Virus record (IMG/VR): IMGVR_UViG_3300030098_005673
Coordinates: 1 to 52,067 of that record
Origin: a virus
Taxonomy: Duplodnaviria > Caudoviricetes
DNA: 52,067 nt
Reading direction: 5' to 3' (one strand)
Positions within the stretch are counted from its first letter, which is position 1; every line of letters starts with the position of its first letter. The position numbers were made by a program, and so were the translations under genes. The notes beneath the pieces are model-generated. The model made no database searches, was not told the origin of the DNA, and saw only the letters and a list, made by a program, of their open reading frames with translations. Shown one piece after another: positions 34,201 through 41,596 of the stretch.

Positions 34201-35398
34201 AACCTTATACAAACGATTGGTAAAAAAGCTGGGCGCCGTTTTCCCCGAACTTAAAGGTGCTATGTATGACAGGGGCGGGTCTGCTACTTACGTTGTTGGA
34301 AATCGCGATTACGAGGAACTTTGGAGCGGCGAAGTTGACAAGAAAATTAACGATGCCGAAATTATTTTGAAATCGCATTTTACAAAGCACTTTATGGATG
34401 TCGTTGCAGAGTCTGAAGCAATTTACTGGCAGAGCGTGCAAAAGTCTGGCTGGGAAGGTTCAATTTGCAAATCAAAGTACGACGGCATTGATTTTAGCGT
34501 CACCCCCGGAATGATTAGTGCTGCCAAGCGTGGACTTGAGCTACGCAAAAAACACAAACGGGGAGGGACTAGAATTGGGGCAACTCGTGCAACACAAATT
34601 GTCAATCGCAAGAAACTTAGCCCTGACACTTGGAAGCGTGTATTCTCTTACTTCAGCAGGCATGAAGTAGACAAGCAAGGCAAGGGCTGGGGTAAGGACA
34701 GTGCTGGATATATCGCTTGGCTTTTGTGGGGTGGTGATGCTGGTTTTTCCAGATCGCGGAAAATCACAAAACAGATGAAGGCGCGCGACGAGAAGAAATC
34801 TCTTCCTCACCACGAAAAACTTTGGAACTCAGTATTTAAGGCTGCTGACCCAAGACGAACCCCTGCACCCAAAAAGGACCAAATAAAAGGTTCTAAGAAA
34901 AACAAAAAAGGCAGTGCTAAAAACGTAAGCGGCAAAATTACCTTTAGCGAAGCTACCACCAAAAAACTTTCGAAGCTAGTCAAGGAACACAACGCCAAAG
35001 GCAAAGGTTCTAAGGCCAATCTTCGCCAGTTAAAGGCTGTCTACAGGAGAGGTGCTGGAGCCTTTAGCACGAGCCACGCTCCGAACATGTCTCGTGACGG
35101 ATGGGCTATGGCTAGAGTCAGGGCGTTCTTGCACCTGCTAAGAACTGGAAGCCCAAAGAACGCCGCATACAAACAGGACAATGACTTGCTGCCAAAAGGC
35201 CATAAAAAGAAAAGCGAAAAAAAGTCGCTTTCAGATCGCGAAAACCTGCGAAAACCTGTATTTAAGTCAAAATCGGCAGAATTTGACCTAAAATGGCCTC
35301 CAGAGGCCGCTAGAGGCGTTAAAAGTGGACAGCCATCAAATGATACGCCTGAAATAATAGAGCGTCACAGGGCTTTTGGGGAGCTTTGGGATGAATAG
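28247..35398 (+). CDS. Giant modular polyvalent protein (2383 aa) with multiple ADP-ribosyltransferase-like domains
   Basis: TAATG coupling to upstream gene; two ART-PolyVal-like domains (WFGDSKVVDENG.PLV.YHG), one VIP2-like domain (FLSTT, EQEVLL), two further H-type ART-like domains, seven CGANAPGGGGFQPGNDCA repeats. Confidence 0.9.
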   Translation: MLPTHEKLWTSVFKADDNCGANAPGGGGFQPGNDCAADKDGNQDLKNEYKDTYADERISRLQADADDGLLKKETAEALIKIAQKESHGYDPNRKPHEYFKGSRADFSKQTLYHASQQDIEGKPRLPFYLGSTSSLAKKAALAGGVSEIGDALYATRSSGDYKVSEWSVSPEAKVYGMDMHLEGFDLPESMSFDDFEKIKGEIKNTVWSEDSQVQETASELANKVYNRSYAVFKDKGGVWQAKKHKRLMQDDQNAMPPKPIGHKMSFGWKEMDSEVAQGKRLPDALRALGYDVAFVDDEAIKSVVALTDDAIQKKSTSVSKSKDNCGANAPGGGGFQPGNQCAADKDGDEPASGKRTKAFDEWFGDSKVVDENGDPLVVYHGVKDPKIKEIKDGKIVWDIGFDVFDTEGGMEAGAYFSPDINVAKKYGTPIPFYLRATSPIQKEDPISSAPHNADSIFRTRGKSNKIQDAWEIAVFNPSQIKMAVGNENPTDDPSIYKSKDNCGANAPGGGGFQPGNDCAADKDGGGDEPASGKRTKAFDEWFGDSKVVDENGDPLVLYHGTSQAFDDFSELKRGSLTDAESASMATFFTDDEKTANAYAIHAAEYGPVKDALDKANLAEKRQDWESYDKFIREAESLDAYDQKRQRRKDSAKTMKVYLRGDFMVVDAEGKTPQDWSNDENIDSWLTSKLKEAKAEGRDGVRFDNLDDAVGLYNRPATHFAVFNPDGNVKDIDNENPTDDPSIHKSADKPKSDCGATGGPGPGSGGFKPGNDCAADKNSKESGAGKKNNDKDIDEKNLDLFETKIKNRHLKIAIQEAAFTKNGTVDDRQVREAIKKDFEKNGYPDKPGLPSDLEEAAYQEALAYAQNNDWYREEAIDYENKHRERFLKQRTDRQSEDQANYATVKAQKQNVTKRQNDALADYAGAYSGHMGKIMRGDADQVQDGGQGEENKEWVNYLKTSINEIDKALESHSFDKDVRVYHGMEWKKVNAKSNKDLIGKTIHDPAFLSTTTRFETADRFDSKDWSKDDKIGFGGVIRLTIPKGTPAIAIGLRNPYWGDREQEVLLGGNYGIKIIAMNDYSSLEEGKRGIVFDAELVDMEKSKNKSMSIFKSESDCGANAPGGGGFQPGNDCAADKDGGGSAESQPESTELKKFLNSYNEDYGEEAESFSDIAGLPDDEELFNKLKDSLTAEEYLSLVENAGGNAVIAGYSVEELETEYGNPLHEALGRQEKLGFSIDGDPLKPGELTKYDGGNYEPEEAPDFDEFMRNQYPEGYSFIESGFLLADGTLLDMSHGSGSRADDHRSIIPSEAASKRWGFSEQEMEYRGSRMMATVRRAGALRIDGAAGLINSVEGNSITPAQRDKIQQYIDDYQPEQIYFDVDDGTARSVHGGTVDSPRNASQVINAMRDYDSSNKSLPRHETLWLSVFKSDDGPKSDCGANAPGGGGFQPGNDCAAGGQSISVADKGVANKTGDYAIDDDVPAKAGSVEIPDNHVRFFHYSSLRSEDSENTGDAFDDANKRAKSIRQSGIKMGSARGERFGEPNQIWATVTNVPDNIGEKVYVEFSLPFDDPRIGGTISGNKDVKEARSASQATFIGDIKPSEIIAVHEPWHKRFRYAVMDDDERTLDSKVLDRAASGYYDHILDPKKKHTSDYRAAYRRIIDIAKRRKKSLPCHESLWLSVFKSDDGPKSDCGANAPGGGGFQPGNDCAADQDGKKKKKSSKELFREEVLENAKNFPVTDEDVYDPEEVMYNYDDLSSSEQQEYDEYIDYSLEELEYIADEHEDEWKIADDEVYERATQAMIDDGIDINEMMENDEDAFYDLEQGYLDSAHQEVEEANYQARKEWWEDWSEMYRDEVRYDQYQVQEFFVDRFESTYIENPDGDGFVNTKNVGELGLNKWGKDKDGDFVLRFETEAGTPYTITTYDRSAQQGRTHRTIMFDQAGDYGIKGTGSAHEVFSKVIGAIASKHQEAPADVYTFTAAEPSRKTLYKRLVKKLGAVFPELKGAMYDRGGSATYVVGNRDYEELWSGEVDKKINDAEIILKSHFTKHFMDVVAESEAIYWQSVQKSGWEGSICKSKYDGIDFSVTPGMISAAKRGLELRKKHKRGGTRIGATRATQIVNRKKLSPDTWKRVFSYFSRHEVDKQGKGWGKDSAGYIAWLLWGGDAGFSRSRKITKQMKARDEKKSLPHHEKLWNSVFKAADPRRTPAPKKDQIKGSKKNKKGSAKNVSGKITFSEATTKKLSKLVKEHNAKGKGSKANLRQLKAVYRRGAGAFSTSHAPNMSRDGWAMARVRAFLHLLRTGSPKNAAYKQDNDLLPKGHKKKSEKKSLSDRENLRKPVFKSKSAEFDLKWPPEAARGVKSGQPSNDTPEIIERHRAFGELWDE
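28301..33370 (+). repeat. Seven dispersed in-frame repeats encoding CGANAPGGGGFQPGNDCA
   Basis: First-Cys codons at 28301, 29219, 29750, 30503 (variant CGATGGPGPGSGGFKPGNDCA), 31586, 32552, 33317; synonymous variation between copies. Confidence 0.95.
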
Positions 35399-35534
35399 TA
35401 AAGAGCTGAAGGAGCAAATAGAAATTTCTATAGCTTCTGCTCTTGAGAGCAAAAGGGTTAAAGAGGGGCTAGCAAGGCTTGAGGTCAATCAAATTATAAA
35501 TGATGCGGGCAGTGTGTGTCGGGACTCAGGTTAG
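35391..35534 (+). CDS. Small hypothetical protein (47 aa)
   Basis: MNSKELKEQIEISIASALES...; fills the gap before the next gene. Confidence 0.4.
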   Translation: MNSKELKEQIEISIASALESKRVKEGLARLEVNQIINDAGSVCRDSG

Positions 35535-35542
35535 GTTGATTT

Positions 35543-35974
35543 ATGAAAGTTAGCTTGGAAGAGGCTGTTAATCTTGTTAATGAGTTTGGAGATGATCTTA
35601 TTCGGGGTAGCTATGAAATACCCTTGGCTGCTTGCTCTGAAGAGTTGCGCCTTGGCTTTGTAGAGATTTTCTCTAATCAGACATCTTCCGAGGGAGAAAG
35701 CTGGCCTCCTCATAGTCCGGTGACAATAAAACTTTACGGAGAGCATCCTCTTTTGATTTTAAGCGGTTCGCTTTACGACGAACTCACTTCCGGAGTAGAC
35801 GAGTCAACCGAAAGAAGTATTAGCGTGGGAACGGATCTAGACTATGCTGAGTGGAACAACGATGGCACTGAAAAAATACCGGCTAGGGAGTTTATGTATA
35901 TTCCTGAAAGCGCTCAGGATGCTTGCGTTGAACACATTGGCGACTACGTTTTTGACCTTTTACCCGGCGATTAA
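35543..35974 (+). CDS. Virion morphogenesis/tail completion protein (Mu gpG / P2 S-like)
   Basis: F..QTS.EG..W.P.SP.T, LILSGSL, VGTDLDYA...N.GT.KIPAREFM. Confidence 0.8.
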   Translation: MKVSLEEAVNLVNEFGDDLIRGSYEIPLAACSEELRLGFVEIFSNQTSSEGESWPPHSPVTIKLYGEHPLLILSGSLYDELTSGVDESTERSISVGTDLDYAEWNNDGTEKIPAREFMYIPESAQDACVEHIGDYVFDLLPGD

Positions 35975-35977
35975 GAA

Positions 35978-36706
35978 ATGTCTACTTTTTCTATAGCGGA
36001 TGATGTTGATGGAACTGGATTCACAGTGACCACAACTTCATTTTCGGCTAATGCAACACCCAAGTACATGGCATTTACAGGGTCTTTGGGAAGCACTTGG
36101 ACCTCTTATGGGAGTAATATCACAGGCAACGGGGCTTTTGATTTAGACCTTGGGGTGGGATATTTTTTTATATACTTTGAAAACGCTTCTACTGGTGCAG
36201 TAGAATCCCCAGTTTTCTATGTACATTCTACGTCAAGCGGAACCTCTGTTCACTTTGCCTGCGCTCAAGCAGTTCAGGCAAAAATACGGTCTTTAAGCCT
36301 TACTTCGATTGACAATTCAGATGTAATTATCCGAAAGTTAGATAGTGACCGAGGAACTGATGATGGGACTTATAGCTACCCAATGATTGTTATTTCTACG
36401 TTTGGCGTTGAAACAATGCCAAACACTAAGGGGACCAATCAAAAGGATGATGTTATTTACCCTGTTGTCGTTACTATATTAGCCGCCGACAACCAAGACC
36501 TATCGACAAATCAAAACAAGTATCTGCTTTGGAGGCAGACAATTAACAGAGCATTGCGAAATCAGAACTTGTCTGATGTTGCGGAAGTTTATACCGTCAG
36601 CGTTCAGCCGGGTCCGATTACAAGTCCGAATGCTTTTTGGGAGAGAAACCTTTACCATTCTTCTCTCATAATTAAATGCCACAGCAGAGAAATTAGAGGA
36701 ATATAA
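35978..36706 (+). CDS. Probable tail terminator with N-terminal extra domain
   Basis: Position before tail tube; YPMIVIS...VTILA pattern. Confidence 0.5.
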   Translation: MSTFSIADDVDGTGFTVTTTSFSANATPKYMAFTGSLGSTWTSYGSNITGNGAFDLDLGVGYFFIYFENASTGAVESPVFYVHSTSSGTSVHFACAQAVQAKIRSLSLTSIDNSDVIIRKLDSDRGTDDGTYSYPMIVISTFGVETMPNTKGTNQKDDVIYPVVVTILAADNQDLSTNQNKYLLWRQTINRALRNQNLSDVAEVYTVSVQPGPITSPNAFWERNLYHSSLIIKCHSREIRGI

Positions 36707-36709
36707 AAC

Positions 36710-37693
36710 ATGGGTACTCCGCAAATGGGCCATCAGTCAAAGATGGCTTTTGATAAAACGGCTGCTGCTGACGCAGCTTTAGGACATGTACTTACTGACT
36801 TTAATGCAGATTCTTTTGAGTTGGAGTATTTGAGCGAGAGCATAGTCTTAAATCAATCTCGAATTCATTCGGATGGGATTCGAGGCACTCGATCTATGGG
36901 TGAAGAACGATGCCGTATCTCTCAAGAAGCTGTTGGTGGCTCAATAACAATGCACCCCACCCACGAAGAATTGGATTTAATTCTTCCTTTGATACTTGGT
37001 GCTGATGAAGACTCCGACGTTTTTAAGGTTGCCGAAACTATGCAAGAGTTTGGTATTATTATCGACAGGGGAACTAAAAGGTTCTCATACGCTGGATGCC
37101 AAATTGCTTCTGCTACATTTTCTGCTTCTTCCGGTCAGGCGATGTCTTTGACTTTAGATATTCTTGGCAAAAAAGAAACTACTAGCGCAACAGCTTACCC
37201 AGCTTCTATTCCCATTGCCAAAAGAGACGCTCCTTTCATTATGTCGGATACGACTATTTCGTTTCCTGCCGACTCCTCAGCTTCTGAAATATCTAGCTTT
37301 AGTGTTAGCATTGACAACATGCTTGATGGCGGACGGTTTATGAACTCCTTGACTAGAACAGCAATTCCATCTGGCGGTCGTCAAGTTAGCGTAAGCGTTT
37401 CAATGCCTTACACTGCCGATGAAGCAGATATGTACAAGACAGCTCTTTCGGCAAACGACGGAGCTTTTATTCAGCTTCAGCAAACTATGACTTCTGGAAA
37501 CCCTATTTATTCGAGCGGGACAGATTTAAGAACCTTGAAGTTTACCTTTGGTCAGGTTGAGTTTGCTGCTGTATCCCCAACCGTATCTGGCAAAAACGGA
37601 GAATACTTTCTGAGTTTGCAAGGCAACGCTTACTCCACTACTAATGGCTCTACCGTTACTAGGGAAATTGAAATTCTCAACAAAGAAGAATAG
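36710..37693 (+). CDS. Tail tube (major tail) protein
   Basis: SESI, GIRGTRS, VGGSITM, YAGCQI, SFSVSIDN.L, RQVSVS motifs. Confidence 0.8.
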   Translation: MGTPQMGHQSKMAFDKTAAADAALGHVLTDFNADSFELEYLSESIVLNQSRIHSDGIRGTRSMGEERCRISQEAVGGSITMHPTHEELDLILPLILGADEDSDVFKVAETMQEFGIIIDRGTKRFSYAGCQIASATFSASSGQAMSLTLDILGKKETTSATAYPASIPIAKRDAPFIMSDTTISFPADSSASEISSFSVSIDNMLDGGRFMNSLTRTAIPSGGRQVSVSVSMPYTADEADMYKTALSANDGAFIQLQQTMTSGNPIYSSGTDLRTLKFTFGQVEFAAVSPTVSGKNGEYFLSLQGNAYSTTNGSTVTREIEILNKEE

Positions 37694-37694
37694 T

Positions 37695-37961
37695 CTATTT
37701 AAAGTCTTTCATAAAATCATTAAAAGCTTCTCTGCCTCTAGTGGTCATTCCATAAACCGATCCCGGTCCATCTGGATTTGGTGATTTGGAGACGTAGCCA
37801 GAATTGATTGCCCGCTTTAAGATTTGATATGCGTTTGGCTGTCTTATTTGTGGATATTTATCTGACAACATAAACATAAGCTCCGATGACTCTATCGGAG
37901 CTTTTTTTGTTGAGTGGTTGCTTATAACCCTTAGCAGCATAGCTGTTTTTCTTGTTATCAT
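37695..37961 (-). CDS. Winged-helix-like small DNA-binding protein
   Basis: AYQILKRAINSGYVSK...VYGMTTRGRE (wHTH/PadR-like ending). Confidence 0.6.
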   Translation of the reverse strand: MITRKTAMLLRVISNHSTKKAPIESSELMFMLSDKYPQIRQPNAYQILKRAINSGYVSKSPNPDGPGSVYGMTTRGREAFNDFMKDFK

Positions 37962-38099
37962 TTTTTCTCTTTTCTGGCCTTACAATCAAACCTAACTGCG
38001 GGAATAATACACAAACATTTTAGCTGAACAAGTGGCCTTCTGCCCAGAGGCTATTCTAATCATATGACAAGTTTTTAATTTTTAATTAAAGAGGAAAGC

Positions 38100-38507
38100 A
38101 TGAGCAGTGTATTTATTTCAAGAGGTGTAATAGAAAAGGCTCTTATAAAACCAACTAAAAGATTTCCTGAAATAACTTTTAGTTACACTCCCGCTATGGT
38201 TGAGCAGAGGGCTGGCTTGATTGGCGACATAGGAAAGACTGATGATGTTGCAAAAAAAGAAAGGTTGTCTGCTAGGCTTTGCGCAGAACTGATTTCCGAA
38301 TGGTGTTTTGAGGAAGAAATCACTGCTGGAAACTTGCTCAGGATGCACCCAGAAGTTTTTAACAAGTTTTGCGATATAGTTTGTTTTGGCGGCGAGGACG
38401 AGTCCGACCCTAGAGACAGAGAGCCAGAAGAAGAAGAGGCTGCATTGGAGTCTGCGTTAGGCGCAAATTATGGCGACAAGCTAATGGAGGTCAGGGAGGG
38501 AAACTAA
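38100..38507 (+). CDS. Tail assembly chaperone (gpG-like)
   Basis: Between tail tube and tape measure; ends in slippery G GGA AAC TAA. Confidence 0.8.
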   Translation: MSSVFISRGVIEKALIKPTKRFPEITFSYTPAMVEQRAGLIGDIGKTDDVAKKERLSARLCAELISEWCFEEEITAGNLLRMHPEVFNKFCDIVCFGGEDESDPRDREPEEEEAALESALGANYGDKLMEVREGN

Positions 38508-38911
38508 TAAAGGGGTTACAGCTTTTGTTAGATAACCCCGGCTTGGCTAACAGATCATGTATTGATTGTCAGAAATACGTTTACATAGAAGAGGGTCCGC
38601 ACCAAAACAAACGGTCCACTAGAGGGGGATTGCCAATCTTGAGAAACGGCAGCAAGCCCAACTGCCGGGAATGTCCTAAAGAGTCTCCTTCTCAGGCGTG
38701 GAAGCACAACCTAAGCCTTAGAAGCCAGACCGTTCTAAAAGATTATTGGAGAGGCAAGGCTACAATGGGCGCTCATTTTGGCCTTCATGGGGTGCAATAC
38801 CGCACTAGCCATCTATTATCTCTTTGTGAAAGAATAGTTTCTACGGAGAGCCAAAGCTCTCAAATGAAAATGTTTATGATGCTCTTGCAAAGGTCGGCTG
38901 TCTCGCCATGA
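38498..38911 (+). CDS. -1 frameshift extension of tail assembly chaperone (gpGT-like)
   Basis: Heptamer GGGAAAC at 38498-38504; the -1 frame is open into ORF 38525-38911. Confidence 0.75.
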   Translation, partial: GKLIKGLQLLLDNPGLANRSCIDCQKYVYIEEGPHQNKRSTRGGLPILRNGSKPNCRECPKESPSQAWKHNLSLRSQTVLKDYWRGKATMGAHFGLHGVQYRTSHLLSLCERIVSTESQSSQMKMFMMLLQRSAVSP

Positions 38912-40704
38912 GTACGAAAAAGTTAATTGTAGAAGTAGAAGTACAAAACGCTCCTGACGTGCAAAAGCAAATGAAGGGAATTGAGGATTCCCTAAAGTTA
39001 ATTGCTAAACAAAACCAAGAGTTGATGAGAACCAGCAGAGAAGCTGCTGGGGTTATTGTTGATGCGTATGTTAATATCAAAAAACAAGAAGACGCGAGAG
39101 CAGAAGCGTTAAGAAAAGAGGTGTCCTCCGTTAGAGTTTCTACGAATGCTAATAAGGAAAGAACAAAAAGCGTACTAGACCAAGAAAAAGCACTAAAAAA
39201 ACAGATTTCTGCTTCGATTAGGCAAGAAAGGGCTATGAGGAGCATAACACGATCTGTCACCGGGCTAGTAAGGTCTGGCACTCAGTTGTTGCGAATGTAC
39301 GCACTTATGACTGCGGCAAATGAAAAAGACGCTCAAGCAATGATTAAAAGAATAGCTCAATTTGAAGGGCTTATTCAAGGGATACTGGGCGTTAATGAGG
39401 CATACAGCAATATGCTTAACATTATGAATCGAATACGAGAAGTGGGCGTTGTTGGAGGAGTAGTTCGCGGAGTTGGTGGCGGAGTTGGTGGCGGAGTTGG
39501 TACAAGCGTTGCAGGGGAGACTGTAGATATTGTTGGAGATGTTGCTGGAGGTTATGCTGGAGGTGCTGCTACTGCAAGAGGTGGGGCGTTTGTAAGGGGG
39601 TTAAAAAATATAGGAGCCAGAGCATATGCGCCTATAGCAAGGGTTGGTTTGGGAACGCTTGGTGCTGCGGGTGCTGCGGCTTTTGGAATAGGCTTTGCGG
39701 CAAGTCGAACTAGTGATTTTATCCTCGACAGGCCCCTAGACGATCCAAGTCTCGATCCGACTGCCCGACTGCCATACGGGGGCTTTACTCCTATAGGATT
39801 TGCTCCGGGCATGGGGCCGACTGCTGCCGGTATGTCTAATAGGGTTTCGCCACCTCCGATCATCGAGCAAGCCCGTAGTCGCGTTGCTGCTGAAAGAGAT
39901 CAGCGTCAGCGATATGCAGCGTTTCAAAACAGGGCAGCACGTTTTGGTCGAATGTCAGAAGCTGCCGGACTAACCACATCTCAAAGGGCAGCGCTCGCAG
40001 GCCGAAGAGTTGCTGACCTTCAAAGTGCTTTTGATATAGGTCAACAAATTGACACCACGTCAATGTCATTCCCCGAACAGATTAAGCTCGCTAATGAACA
40101 GCTTTCACTTGCCGGACAACTAGCAACAGAATTGGCAAGAACCGAGCAGAAAAAAATTACTGACCAGCTCAATAATTTATCTCGCGTCGTTGAATTGGAA
40201 CGCGAGGCGTACAGCACACAGACTCAAAGGCTTAGTGAGCTAAACAGGCAACACATGGCTGAGATGGGAGGCGCTCAAAGGTTTTTGTCTTTGGACCCCG
40301 CAGAGAGGCAACAGGCACTAAGAGCAGGGCAGCGTGTTATGGCTGGCACTGCAACGGAAGAACAGTTAGCGCTGGCTAGGCCGCTTATGGTTTCTGAAGA
40401 AGGAAGAACTGCTGTACAGAGAAGAACGATTGAACTAGCTGGTCAAGCTGGATATTTTGATTCATCGTTTGTTGATCCCGGCTCAAGCATGGAAAGGGCG
40501 CTGGAGAGACTAAAGGAAATAGGAAAGCTTGAATTAAGCATTGATACTAGCGGTGAGCAAATCGTTAAACTCGAAGGTCAGTTTCAAGAGTTGTCAAAAA
40601 ACATTGGCGAAAAAGTGGCAGACGCGGTAGCCGATAAGTGGGAAGATGCGATCCAAGAAATAATTGCCGATATTGACAACATCAACACTAAGATTAACAA
40701 CTAA
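38908..40704 (+). CDS. Tape-measure-like protein
   Basis: Follows the chaperone pair; Ala/Gly-rich helical sequence with hydrophobic central segment. Confidence 0.7.
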   Translation: MSTKKLIVEVEVQNAPDVQKQMKGIEDSLKLIAKQNQELMRTSREAAGVIVDAYVNIKKQEDARAEALRKEVSSVRVSTNANKERTKSVLDQEKALKKQISASIRQERAMRSITRSVTGLVRSGTQLLRMYALMTAANEKDAQAMIKRIAQFEGLIQGILGVNEAYSNMLNIMNRIREVGVVGGVVRGVGGGVGGGVGTSVAGETVDIVGDVAGGYAGGAATARGGAFVRGLKNIGARAYAPIARVGLGTLGAAGAAAFGIGFAASRTSDFILDRPLDDPSLDPTARLPYGGFTPIGFAPGMGPTAAGMSNRVSPPPIIEQARSRVAAERDQRQRYAAFQNRAARFGRMSEAAGLTTSQRAALAGRRVADLQSAFDIGQQIDTTSMSFPEQIKLANEQLSLAGQLATELARTEQKKITDQLNNLSRVVELEREAYSTQTQRLSELNRQHMAEMGGAQRFLSLDPAERQQALRAGQRVMAGTATEEQLALARPLMVSEEGRTAVQRRTIELAGQAGYFDSSFVDPGSSMERALERLKEIGKLELSIDTSGEQIVKLEGQFQELSKNIGEKVADAVADKWEDAIQEIIADIDNINTKINN

Positions 40705-40848
40705 TAGCAAATAAAAAAGCTGGCTCGCGAAGAACCAGCTTGCAAATCTGCCGAGAGCCACCCCGTAATGCAGATAAAGTTAATTTAGTGTATTAAATTT
40801 TTGTAACAAGCATCTAAGTATTATTTTTTAATATTTTTTTAATACTGG

Positions 40849-40876
40849 TTGCCTCGATAGTTTTGGTTTGTATATT
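40849..40876 (+). promoter_or_regulatory. Putative promoter downstream of an AT-rich tract
   Basis: TTGCCT-N16-TATATT. Confidence 0.45.
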
Positions 40877-41218
40877 GTTGCGTGCAGCGAGAGCGCCCAA
40901 TAGGGTCCAGTGGGCTGCGTAACGAGGGCTACCACGGGGAAGATGCCACAGCCAAGCCTAGACAAGTAGAACGGGCGGCATCGGGTTCAGCTTTTTTGCT
41001 GTGTCTCAAGGAATCTACAGTGCAACCGGCTCCGAGTTGAGAAGTCATTTGCCACGTCTCCTGTTTACTAGGGATAGGAGACGTGCGCACTCACCAAGTT
41101 GAGAAGCTTTGGGCAATGCACACTGCCCAACTGGTTGGGGCTTGGATGTTTAATTCCCACGATACCTTCAAGCCCCAGCCTTTCTTTAAGTTTGCATCGA
41201 AAATTAAGGAGAATTTCG

Positions 41219-41596
41219 ATGGGTAAAAAAATAAAGGAACACGTTCAAAATCGATCATTTTATCAAAATCAGTATGATGAGATGAAATTTCACTTTTCTA
41301 ATGATTGCTGGGCTTGCGGTCATTCAAATCGTCCATCTTTCTGGTTTGCTCCTTGGTTTTTGCACAGGGCGCACATAGTCAACCAGCCAAGGCTTAAAGA
41401 CCGAAGATGTGTTGTATTGCTTTGCCCATTGTGCCATTCTATCGAACACGGAGGCCAGCATTTAGAGGCACAAAGAACTCCGTTAAAGACAGAAAATTTA
41501 TTGTGGCTGAAGATGGAGCGAGATCCTATGTTCTATGATTTAGAACTTTTGCAGGAATGCTCTGTAAGGATACTTCCTGAGCCAAAGGAGTATTAA
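41219..41596 (+). CDS. HNH-like Zn-binding endonuclease
   Basis: CWACG...HRAHIV...LLCPLCHSIEH; AAGGAG RBS. Confidence 0.75.
   Translation: MGKKIKEHVQNRSFYQNQYDEMKFHFSNDCWACGHSNRPSFWFAPWFLHRAHIVNQPRLKDRRCVVLLCPLCHSIEHGGQHLEAQRTPLKTENLLWLKMERDPMFYDLELLQECSVRILPEPKEY

Noticed and set aside
39450-39501. GTTGGTGGCGGA tandem repeat as a contingency locus
   Set aside because: In-frame 12-nt unit encoding a VGGG linker; only about 2.5 copies.
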